Origin: Pseudomonas aeruginosa
GTDB lineage: Bacteria > Pseudomonadota > Gammaproteobacteria > Pseudomonadales > Pseudomonadaceae
Reading direction: 5' to 3'
Assembly: GCF_001457615.1 (NCBI RefSeq)
Contig: NZ_LN831024.1
Span: forward strand, 1,740,001-1,772,000
Length of the DNA: 32,000 bases
The notes beneath the pieces were generated by a model that saw nothing but the letters and a program-made list of their open reading frames with translations, was not told the DNA's origin and made no database searches. The position numbers and the translations under genes are program-made. How positions within the stretch are numbered: the first letter of the stretch is position 1; every line of letters starts with the position of its first letter. Of this stretch, positions 9,793-18,800 are shown one piece after another.

Positions 9793-10785
9793 TCAGTCCA
9801 TTGTCGGAACGATCTTCGGCCAGCGCAGGGCGACCGAACCCCAGGTCAGTCCGGCACCGAAACCGGTGAGGACCATGTTGCCGCCGTCGCGCAGGATGCC
9901 TTGGCGCAGGCCGTGGGCCAGGGCCAGGGGAATCGAGGCGGCGACGGTATTGCCCACCTCGGCGATGTTGCTCACCACTCGCTCGACGGGAAGGTCGAGC
10001 TGGTCGGCGACCGCCGCGAGAATGCGTGTGTTGGCCTGGTGCGGGACCAGGTGATGGAGGTCCGAAGCTTGCCAGCCGACCCGGTCGAGCACCCGCCGCA
10101 CCGAGTCGCTCATCTGCGTCACCGCCTGGCCGAACACTGCCTTGCCGTCCATCCGGAAGTAGTTGGAGGCCTGTCCGGAACTGCGTTCGGCGCGACTGAC
10201 GGCGGGGGTCATCAGCAGGTCGAACTGGTGGCCGTCGCTGCCGAGGTCGAAGGCCAGCAGCGCGCCTTCTTCCTCGGCATCGCCGGCACGCAGCACCACC
10301 GCTCCGGCGCCGTCGCCGAACAGTGCGCGGGTCGAGCGATCGGCGGGGTCGAGGGTATGGCTGAAAGTGTCCACCCCGACCAGCAGCGCGCTGTCCGCCA
10401 GCCCGGCGCTGATCAGCGAGCCGACGCTGGCCAGGCCGTAGACGAAGCCGGTGCAGGCGGCGGACAGGTCGAACGCGAGCGCGCCGACCAACCCCAGGCG
10501 CGCCGCGACCCTGGGCGCGGTGGCCGGGCAGCAGAAGTCGCCGGTGCTGGTTGCCAGCACCACCGCATCGACTCGCTCCAGCCCCGCCGAGGCGAGCGCG
10601 GCGGAGGCCGCCCGCAGGGCCAGGTCGCCGCTGCCGAGGTCGCCGGCGATATGCCGCTGGCGCACGCCGGTGCGGCTGCTGATCCAGGCGTCGGAAGTGT
10701 CCAGCTCGGCGGCGAGCATGTCGTTGCTGAGCACGGCCTCGGGCAGGTAGCTGCCCAGGCCGCAGACCACGGCGGCGCGCGGCAT
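9793..10785 (-). CDS. fabH2: 3-oxoacyl-ACP synthase III-like protein (FabH2)
   Basis: 330 aa; SRTGVRQRHIAG, active-site Cys AFDLSAACTGFVYGL, VPHQANTRIL, NVGNT-like EVGNTVAASIPLAL. Confidence 0.9.
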   Translation of the reverse strand: MPRAAVVCGLGSYLPEAVLSNDMLAAELDTSDAWISSRTGVRQRHIAGDLGSGDLALRAASAALASAGLERVDAVVLATSTGDFCCPATAPRVAARLGLVGALAFDLSAACTGFVYGLASVGSLISAGLADSALLVGVDTFSHTLDPADRSTRALFGDGAGAVVLRAGDAEEEGALLAFDLGSDGHQFDLLMTPAVSRAERSSGQASNYFRMDGKAVFGQAVTQMSDSVRRVLDRVGWQASDLHHLVPHQANTRILAAVADQLDLPVERVVSNIAEVGNTVAASIPLALAHGLRQGILRDGGNMVLTGFGAGLTWGSVALRWPKIVPTMD

Positions 10786-10788
10786 GGC

Positions 10789-11214
10789 TCAGGCTCCCTG
10801 GACGATCTTGGCGGCGGCCTCGACCCCGCCCAGGGCCTCGAGGTGCCGCAGCGGATTCCAGAAGTCGCGGTAGAGCAGGATCTGTCCGTCGCGGGTGCGC
10901 AGCACCGAGATGTAGTCCTGCGCCAGCTTGCCGCCGGAAACGGTGGCCACGCCGTCGCCATGGAATTCGCCGATGGCCAGGTCGGGGTCGGCGGTCTCGT
11001 AGAACTGCACGTCGGTGAAGCGCACGGTCAGGTGCTCGGGAAACAGGCGCATGTGCGCCCAGATGGTTTCGCGGCCCTCGAAGCGGGTCTTCCAGCCCGG
11101 CGGGGCGTAGGGGAATTCGAGTACGCCTTCCGGATGGAACAGGTCGCACCAGCCACGGGCATCGCCGTTTTCCAGGAGGCGCAGGCTGTGGACGAGAATT
11201 TCCTTGGCATTCAT
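10789..11214 (-). CDS. SnoaL-like / NTF2-fold protein (ketosteroid isomerase-related)
   Basis: 141 aa from ATG 11214 (MNAKEILVHSLRLLENGDARGWCDLFHPEGVLEFPYAPPGWKTRFEGRETI). The start overlaps the P450 stop (ATGA). Confidence 0.8.
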   Translation of the reverse strand: MNAKEILVHSLRLLENGDARGWCDLFHPEGVLEFPYAPPGWKTRFEGRETIWAHMRLFPEHLTVRFTDVQFYETADPDLAIGEFHGDGVATVSGGKLAQDYISVLRTRDGQILLYRDFWNPLRHLEALGGVEAAAKIVQGA

Positions 11215-12467
11215 TGGGCGATCCTCTCGATCGGGTTGGCGTGGGAGGCGGTGTTCGCCGGGGCGCTGCATCCGGTGCGCACCGGCACGCTGATCAGGGC
11301 GCGGAGGAAGGTGATCGGCAGCCACTGCAGCTCCGCGTGGGGCACCGCCAACTGGAGGTCGGGGAAGCGCGCGAGCAGGCGCTGGATGGCGATCCGCCCC
11401 TCCAGCCGGGCCAGCGAGGCGCCGACGCAGTAGTGCACGCCGAAGCCGTAGCCGAGATGGCCATCGGTGTTGCGGGTGAGGTCGAGGCGGTCGGGATCGT
11501 CGAAGCGCTCGGCATCGTGGTTGGCGGTCAGGTTGGAGACCAGGATGTATTCGCCGGCGGGAATGGTGACCCCGTCCAGTTCCACGTCTTCCACGGTGAA
11601 GCGCAACATCGAGGCGCGCACCGGACTGTCGTGGCGGACCAGTTCTTCCATGGCGTTGGGCAGGAGTTCCGGCTGCGCCCGCAGCAACGCCAGTTGCTCC
11701 GGGTTGACCAGCAGGGTGACCAGCGCGTTGCCGATCATGTTCATGGTGGTCTCGAAGCCGCTCATCATCAGCAGGTGGGCCATGGAGACGAGTTCCGCTT
11801 CGCTCAACTGGCCGCTCTCGTCGGCGGCCTGCACCAGCCCGCTGTAGACGTCGTCGGCCGGCTGCCGGCGCTTGGCCTCGAGCAGCACGCGCAGGTAGTC
11901 GACCTGCGCATCGGCCAGGGCCTGGGCCTCCTCCGGCGACAGCAGTTCCGCCTGGCGCTCCCAGGACTGGCGGGCGTGTTCGCGCTCGGCCTCGGGAATG
12001 CCCAGCAGCTCGAAGATCACCGCGATGGTCAGCGGGATCGCGAAGTCGGCCATCAGGTCGGCCTGTTCGCGGCCGGCCATGGCGTCCAGCAATTCCTCGG
12101 TGATCCGTTCTATATGCGGTTGCAGGCGCTCCACCTGGCGCGGGGTGAACGCGCGGCCAACCAGCGAGCGCAGGCGGGTATGGTCCGGCGGGTCGAGGTT
12201 GAGCATGTGGTGGCTGAGTCCCTCACCGATCCCCGCGCGCGGGCTGCCGGTACGCTTCGCGTAGAGTTCGGCGGCCTGCCGGGCGTCGCGGCGGACGCCC
12301 GGATGGTTGAGGACCTTGCGCGCGTCGCGGTAGCGCGTCACCACCCACACCGGATGCTCGGCGGCGCGATGCGCGGGACGCGGCGCGCCGTCCACCTGCA
12401 GGCCGTCGTAGAGCGCGTGCAGTGGCGAGATCAGTTCCTCGCCCAGTCTCAGTTTGCGATCAGGCAC
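11211..12467 (-). CDS. Cytochrome P450
   Basis: 418 aa; I-helix LLMSGFETTMN, ExxR-like ELVRHDSPVRASMLR, heme loop FGVHYCVGASLARLEGRIA. Confidence 0.94.
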   Translation of the reverse strand: MPDRKLRLGEELISPLHALYDGLQVDGAPRPAHRAAEHPVWVVTRYRDARKVLNHPGVRRDARQAAELYAKRTGSPRAGIGEGLSHHMLNLDPPDHTRLRSLVGRAFTPRQVERLQPHIERITEELLDAMAGREQADLMADFAIPLTIAVIFELLGIPEAEREHARQSWERQAELLSPEEAQALADAQVDYLRVLLEAKRRQPADDVYSGLVQAADESGQLSEAELVSMAHLLMMSGFETTMNMIGNALVTLLVNPEQLALLRAQPELLPNAMEELVRHDSPVRASMLRFTVEDVELDGVTIPAGEYILVSNLTANHDAERFDDPDRLDLTRNTDGHLGYGFGVHYCVGASLARLEGRIAIQRLLARFPDLQLAVPHAELQWLPITFLRALISVPVRTGCSAPANTASHANPIERIAQ

Positions 12468-13374
12468 GTTGCTCCTCCTTCGCCGCCGGGGCGGCGGTGA
12501 CGATGGGGCGGAACATCCCGTCGATCACGCTATCGGGCAGCAGCCGCGCCAGCAGGGTACCGCGGCGCACGTCGGCGCCCACCCGGTAGCGGGTCCGCGG
12601 CTTGGCCGCGGTGAGCGCGGCATGCACCGCGGCGGCGACATCGGCGGGCTTGGTCGCGCTGTTGCGCGCGCCGTCCTCGTTGGCCTGGAGGAAGCGCAGG
12701 TAGGTATCGCGATAGAGGTCGGCGACGGCGTCGGGGGCGTCGGCCAGGGCGCGCTCGCCCTCGCTGGCGATCTTGCCCCAGATCGGCGTCCAGATCGCCC
12801 CGGGGCTGACCACCGAGACCTGGATGCCCATGGGTGCCAGCTCGCGGCGCAGGGCGTCGCTCACTCCCTCCTTGGCGAACTGCGCGGCGGAGTAGGCGCC
12901 CAGGTAGGGAATGGCGACCGAGCCGAGGCCCGAGGTGACGTTCACCAGGCGCGCCGCGCCGCCACGGCGCAGCAGCGGCAGGATCGCCCGGGTCACCGCG
13001 AGCTGGCCGATCAGGTTGACTTCCAGCTGGCGCCGCAGCAGGTCGCTGGAGACGCATTCCAGCGGCGCGGAAATGCAGATCCCGGCGTTGTTCACCAGGC
13101 CCCAGAGCCCGGTATCGCCGACTTTCTCCGCCACCTGCGCGGCGGCCCGGCCAATGGATTCCTCGTCGGTGACATCGATCAGCAGCGTGCTGATCCGGCC
13201 GGACGGGCAGGCGTTCGCCAGGCGCTCGCCATCCTCCTGGCGGCGCACCCCGGCGATCACCTGGAAACCCTGTTCGGCCAGGTGCAGCGCGGTTTCCCGG
13301 CCGAGGCCGCTGGAGGCGCCGGTGATCAGTACGTGGCGGCCCTGGGGCGAGAGAGGTTTGCTGGTGAATAACAT
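12460..13374 (-). CDS. Short-chain dehydrogenase/reductase family protein with non-canonical active site
   Basis: ATG 13374 gives 304 aa; TGASSGLGRETALHL, NNAG, VTSGLGSV, but YSAAQ where YxxxK is expected. Confidence 0.88.
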   Translation of the reverse strand: MLFTSKPLSPQGRHVLITGASSGLGRETALHLAEQGFQVIAGVRRQEDGERLANACPSGRISTLLIDVTDEESIGRAAAQVAEKVGDTGLWGLVNNAGICISAPLECVSSDLLRRQLEVNLIGQLAVTRAILPLLRRGGAARLVNVTSGLGSVAIPYLGAYSAAQFAKEGVSDALRRELAPMGIQVSVVSPGAIWTPIWGKIASEGERALADAPDAVADLYRDTYLRFLQANEDGARNSATKPADVAAAVHAALTAAKPRTRYRVGADVRRGTLLARLLPDSVIDGMFRPIVTAAPAAKEEQRA

Positions 13375-13375
13375 G

Positions 13376-14704
13376 TCATTGCTCCTCGAGGGCGGATCGT
13401 TGGGGGGCGTGGATCGCCGACAGCAGGGTGCCCAGGCAATCTTCGGCCAGGCGTTCGGCGCGTTCGCCGGGGACCGCTTCGTCGATATAGGTGAAGTTCC
13501 AGAACAGCCGGCCATGGCTGGAGTTGATGGCGGCCACGAAGTAGCCGTTCACCGAGATGCCGGTGAGGAACTGCGCGTCGGAGAGGCGCAAGGCGCCGAT
13601 CCGCTCGGGGAACGGATAGCGACCGATGTTGGAGGAGCACAGGTTGATCGGCCCTTCGGCTTCCATGAAGGCCATGAATGGCCGCGCGTCGGCCATGCAG
13701 CGCGGCGCAGCGCTGGCGACCAGGGTGACCAGGTTGAAATGATGGCCCTGGCGACGGCGTTCGCCGAGGTCGTCGGTGAGCGCGCGGGCGACCTCCCAGA
13801 ACGGCCGGGCGATGTCCAGCACCACCGGTACCGTGGCGACGTAGGTGCCTACTTCGTCGGGGCGCACCGGCGGCTCCAGTTCGTCGCGGAAGTCGATCGG
13901 CGAGCCGATGGCGATGTGGCTAGGGCGGCGCTGGTGGTCGTGGCCGGCGGCGATGGCCAGCGCCGCGGTCAGCGCGCCGTGTACCGTGGTGCCGTGTTCG
14001 CGGGCGCGTCGTTGCAGCTGTTCCAGCTGCGCGCCGTCCAGCTCCCGGTGGAGCAGGCGGGTACGCCGCGCTTCCAGCGGCACCGGGTTGCTCGGCTCGA
14101 TCCGGCCCGGGCGGTGGCGGCCGACCAGCGCTTCGTCCTGGGCGGTCTGCTCGGCCAGGCGCGCCGCGCCTTCGTCGCCGGTGAAGCGGCGCGGACGCAG
14201 ATCCTCCGCCGGCGGCAGGGCGCTGGCGGTCCAGGGTTGCGCGGCGGGGTCGGCGGCCAGGGTCAGCCATTGTTCGGCGAGGGTCAGCACGGTAGTGCCG
14301 TCGGCGATGATGTGCGGTACCACGACCAGCAGGTCGTGGGCGCCGGCGTCGGTGGCGATCGCCACGGTACGGATCAGTGGCCCGCTGTCCGGATCGATGC
14401 GTTCCGGCAATTCGCGCTCGTTGATTTCCCGCAGCCATTGCTCCTCGCCGCCGCCGCGCACCTCGCGCAGCGGGATGGGCCGCTCGCAGGGCACCCAGCG
14501 CGGATCGAGCCCGGCATCGTGCTCGATCCGCGCGCGCAGCAGCGGATGCCGCGCCTGCAGCGCGTCGAGGCCGCGGCGCAGGTCGTCGATGGACAACCGG
14601 CCATGGACCCGCACCCGGGAAATCACGTTCAGCGCGGAGAACTGGTCGCTGAGCCAGTACCAGCGTTCCACCGCGGACAGCGGGCGTCGTATCTCGGCCA
14701 TCAT
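13376..14704 (-). CDS. Stand-alone condensation-domain / PapA-like acyltransferase
   Basis: 442 aa from ATG 14704 (MMAEIRRPLSAVERWYWLSDQF); HxxxD in VVVPHIIADGTTV; DFRDELEPP and NLCSSNIGRYP segments. Overlaps the upstream stop. Confidence 0.8.
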   Translation of the reverse strand: MMAEIRRPLSAVERWYWLSDQFSALNVISRVRVHGRLSIDDLRRGLDALQARHPLLRARIEHDAGLDPRWVPCERPIPLREVRGGGEEQWLREINERELPERIDPDSGPLIRTVAIATDAGAHDLLVVVPHIIADGTTVLTLAEQWLTLAADPAAQPWTASALPPAEDLRPRRFTGDEGAARLAEQTAQDEALVGRHRPGRIEPSNPVPLEARRTRLLHRELDGAQLEQLQRRAREHGTTVHGALTAALAIAAGHDHQRRPSHIAIGSPIDFRDELEPPVRPDEVGTYVATVPVVLDIARPFWEVARALTDDLGERRRQGHHFNLVTLVASAAPRCMADARPFMAFMEAEGPINLCSSNIGRYPFPERIGALRLSDAQFLTGISVNGYFVAAINSSHGRLFWNFTYIDEAVPGERAERLAEDCLGTLLSAIHAPQRSALEEQ

Positions 14705-15867
14705 TCGACTCCTGGGAAGGTCAGTGCCAGTTCGTTCTGCCGGGCGAAGGTTCGCTCCGGAGCGAAGCGGAAGTAGAGATCGCGGGCGACGGTGCGCAGC
14801 GGATGCTCCAACTGCTCGATGCGGCTCAGCGCCCGCGAGGTCTCGACCATCGCCCTGGCGCGGTCGCGACGGCGGTTCTCGTAGGCGCGCAGGGCGGCTT
14901 GCGGGTCGTCGATGGTGGCCAGGCAGTGGGCCAGCACCGCGGCGTCTTCGATGGCGATGGCGGCGCCCTGGCCGAGGCTGGTCAGCATCGGATGCGCGGC
15001 ATCGCCGAGCAGGGTCACCGGGCCGTCGCCCCAGCGCTCCAGGAACGGTCGGTCCTGGGCCGGCAGGCTGCTGATGTCGGCCTCCGGGGTCGCCTCGATG
15101 ACCGCCTGCACTTCGTCGGCCCAGCCGGCGTAGAGGCGCTGGATGCCCGCCTTGCCGCCGCGCCAGTCCTTCGCCTGTTCGGCCGGCATGTTGCGGGTGC
15201 CCCACCAATAGACGTTGCCTTCGCCGATGTCGGCGAGACCGAAGCGCTGCCCACGACCCCAGTAATGGGCGACGTAGCCCGGCGTCACCTTCGGATGGCG
15301 GAACGCCGGCGTGGCGCGCCAGATCACGTAGTGCCAGTCGGTGGGACGCTCCGGGCCGGTCATGGTGGCGCGGATCGCCGAGTTGAAGCCGTCGGCGCCG
15401 ATCAGCACGTCGGCGTGCACTTCGCGGCCATCGCTGCAGAGCACGGTGACGCCTTCGCCGTCGGCGTGGCGCAGGTAGCCGGTGGCGCTCACGCCCAGTT
15501 CGATGCGGCAGTCGCGGGCCTGTTCCAGCAGCGCCTGCTGCAGGCTTGCGCGGTGGATCGCCAGGCTCGGCTGGCCGAGCTGACGGGCCAGGCCGCCGAA
15601 GTCGATGGCGCGGATCGGTCGCCCGCGCCGGGTGAGGAACCGTAGCGAGTCGAAGGCCTGGGCGCGGGTAAGGTCAGGGCGCACGCCGACCCTCTCCAGG
15701 GCGGTCAGCGCGTTGGGCATCAGCGACAGCGCCGAGCCGACCGCGCGCAGCTCCCTGGCCCGCTCGTAGAGTTCGACCTCGAAGCCGGCGGCCTTCAGGC
15801 AGGCGGCCGCGGCGAGCCCGCCGATGCCGGCGCCGGCGATGACGATCTTCAGGGGATGTCTGCTCAT
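14701..15867 (-). CDS. FAD-dependent monooxygenase (salicylate hydroxylase-like)
   Basis: 388 aa; GAGIGGLAAAACLKAAGFEVELYER, DVLIGADG, LLGDAAHPMLTSLGQGAAIAIEDA. Confidence 0.92.
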   Translation of the reverse strand: MSRHPLKIVIAGAGIGGLAAAACLKAAGFEVELYERARELRAVGSALSLMPNALTALERVGVRPDLTRAQAFDSLRFLTRRGRPIRAIDFGGLARQLGQPSLAIHRASLQQALLEQARDCRIELGVSATGYLRHADGEGVTVLCSDGREVHADVLIGADGFNSAIRATMTGPERPTDWHYVIWRATPAFRHPKVTPGYVAHYWGRGQRFGLADIGEGNVYWWGTRNMPAEQAKDWRGGKAGIQRLYAGWADEVQAVIEATPEADISSLPAQDRPFLERWGDGPVTLLGDAAHPMLTSLGQGAAIAIEDAAVLAHCLATIDDPQAALRAYENRRRDRARAMVETSRALSRIEQLEHPLRTVARDLYFRFAPERTFARQNELALTFPGVE

Positions 15868-18800
15868 GGGCGGGTCCGTTCGCTGGAGGTGGAGGGTTCG
15901 AGCAACGCGGCGATCTCTGCCGCGACCGTCTCGACATAGGGTTCTTTCATCAGCACCAGGTGGTCGCCGGGGACGTCGATCACATCGAGGCGGCCACTGG
16001 TCCAGTGCTGCCAGCCGTTCTTCGGGTCGCCGTAGTGGGTGCCGGCGGCGTCGTGCATCGGCTTCAGCGCCAGCGGCAGCGGGCCGTCCGCGCGCAGCAG
16101 GGTCATGTCCTGGTCGCTGACTTCCGGGCGATAGCCGATGAGTGCCTGCCAGCTCGCCCGGAACAGCTCGTAGAGCCGCTGCACGGTGGCGCGCGGGGTG
16201 CCGGCGGGAAGTACGCCGGCCTCGATGGCGCGTTCGACGATGTGGTCGAGCTTCTGCTCCAGGCTCGCGCCTTCAGGCAGCGGCTCGACCTCCTCGTCGC
16301 TGCGCTCGAACCAGACCAGTTCCCAGTAGAAGAACAGCAGCAGGGCTTCGTCGCTGGCGCTGCCGGCGTGGTTGCGGTCGACGGTGATGGAGTCGAGCAC
16401 GATCAGTTGGGCGACCGCCTGCGGGTCGAGCGCGCGCAGTTGCCGGGCCATCTCGTAGGCGACGAAGCCGCCGAACGACCAGCCGCCGAGGTAATAGGGG
16501 CCTTCCGGCTGCACCCGGCGGATCGCCGCGAGGTAACTGGCGGCGATGTCCTCGAGGACCGCCAGCGGCGTACTGCCCTGGCCGGTGCCGGCCGCCTGCA
16601 GGGCATATACCGGCTGGTCCGGCGGCAGTGCGCGGACCAGCGGCAGGTAGCAGAGCACGTGGCCGCCGAGCGGGTGGACGAGGAACAGTGGCGGGCGGCT
16701 GCCGCCGGCACGGATCGGTACCAGCGGGTCGAAGGCGCGCACCGCCGAGCGTTCCCGCAGGCGTTCGGCCAGGCCCTCCACGGTCGGCGTCTCGATCAGC
16801 GCGGCCATCGGCAGGTCGACGCCATAGCGCTTCTCGATCAGCAGCATGAAGCGCATCGCGCTGAGCGAGGTGCCGCCGAGGTCGAAGAAGCTGTCGCGGA
16901 TGCCTACCCGGGGACGATCCAGCAACTCGCCGAGGAGTCCGGCCAGGGTGCGCTCGTAGTCGTCGCGCGGGGCCAGGTACTCGATGTTCGTCCCGTGCTC
17001 CAGCGGCAGTGCGCGCAGGGCGGCGTCGTCGCGCTTGCCGCTGGGGGTGAGGGCGAAGCCGTCGACCCAGGCGAAGTGTGCCGGCACCATGTGTTCCGGC
17101 AGTTCGCTGCGCAGTGCCTGCTTCAGTTCGGCGAGATCCACCGCCTCGGGCTCGCCGAGCAGGAAGGCAGCGAGGAATGCATCGTTGCCCTGGCGCTCGC
17201 GAGCCACCACCGCCGCGCCGCGCAGGCCCGGCTGGCGCTCGGCCTGGCGCATGATCGCCAGCTCGACCTCGGCCGGCTCGATGCGGAAGCCGCGGACCTT
17301 GACCTGGGTATCGGCGCGGCCGAGCCAGACGATCTCGCCGTTGCCGAGGATGCGCCCGAGGTCGCCGGTGCGGTAGAGCCTGGCGCCGGGGCGCCAGGGA
17401 TGTTCGACGAAGCGTTCGGCGGTGAGTTCGGGGGCGCGGTGGTAGCCGCGCGCGAGGCAGTCGCCGCCGAAGTACAGCTCGCCGGTAACGCCGACCGGTA
17501 CCGGGCGCAGCGCGGCGTCGAGCACCTGCACCTCGACCCCGTCCAGCGGCCGGCCGATCGGCGGCAGGTCCGGGTAGTGCGCCGGATCGCCGCTCAGCGA
17601 GTGGTAGGTGACCTGGTGCGTCTCGGTGGGACCGTACTGGTTCTCCAGCAGCAGCCCGGGCATCGCCGCGCAGAACGCGCGGACGTCTTCGGTGATGCGC
17701 AACTGCTCGCCGGAGGACACCACCACGCGCAGGGCGCCGGGGCGCACGCCCAGCGCGTTGGAGGCCTCGGCGAGGCGTTGCAGGGCGACGAAGGGCAACA
17801 GCACGCGCTGGACCTGGCGGCGTTCGAGGACATGCAGCAACGCGGAGGGGTCCATCCGCTCGCGGTTGGAGATGAGTTGCAGCTCGCCGCCGCCGCACAG
17901 CGTGGAGAAGATCTCCTGGAAGGCCATGTCGAAGCTCAGCGGCGCGAACTGCAGGGTGCGCAGCCCCGGTACGCCGCTGGCGACGCGCAATTGCCACTGG
18001 GTGTAGTTGGCCCACATCCGGTGGCTAAGCTCGACGCCCTTCGGCCGCCCGGTGGAACCGGAGGTGAACAGCAGCATGGCCAGCTCGTCGAGCTGCGGCG
18101 CGGCGAAGGTCTCGGGCTCGATGTCGGCGACCAGTTCCTCTACCGGCAGCACCCGTTCCGCCGCGGCGACATGGGCGTGCTCGGGATGCGCGACCACCCG
18201 GAACGGCTGTGCGGTCTCCAGGATCAGCGCCAGGCGCTGCGCGGGATAGCTGACGTCCAGCGGCACGCAGACCAGGCCGGCGCGCAGGATGCCCCAGATC
18301 GTCGCGATCATCTCCGGCGAACGGTTCAGCGCCACTCCGATCGCATCGCCGCGGCGCGCGCCGGCGCGGACCAGGCGGGTGGCCACGCAGCGCGCCACAT
18401 GGTCGAGGTCGCGATAGGTCCAGCGTTGCTCCTCGAAGGCCAGCGCGGCGCTGCCCGGCAGCGCCTCGACCTGGCGTTCGAACAGGCTGACGACGTCGAC
18501 CAGCGGCTCGGGCTGGGAAGCGGCGTCGCGGCGAGGGGCGAGGAAGGCGAAGTCGGCGGCTTCGTCGGGATGCTCGGCGAGGCGCCACAGGAGCTCGACG
18601 AAGGTCGCGCCGATCAGCGCGGCCTGGCTGCGGCTGATGCCGCGGCCGTCGCTGTCGATGCGCAGGTACATGCCGTCGCTGGGCGTGGCGATCACGTTGA
18701 CCAGCAGGGCGAAGTTGGTTTCTTCCCAGACGTGGAAGTCGCGCAGTTGCCACAGCGGTTCGAGGACATGCAGGTTGACGTAGTTGAAGGCGCTGCTCAG

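Noticed and set aside
13376-15208. 610-aa reading of the condensation-like ORF with an N-terminal extension.
   Set aside because: The extension overlaps the FAD monooxygenase gene and is Arg/Pro-rich. ATG 14704, overlapping the upstream stop, gives a natural start.
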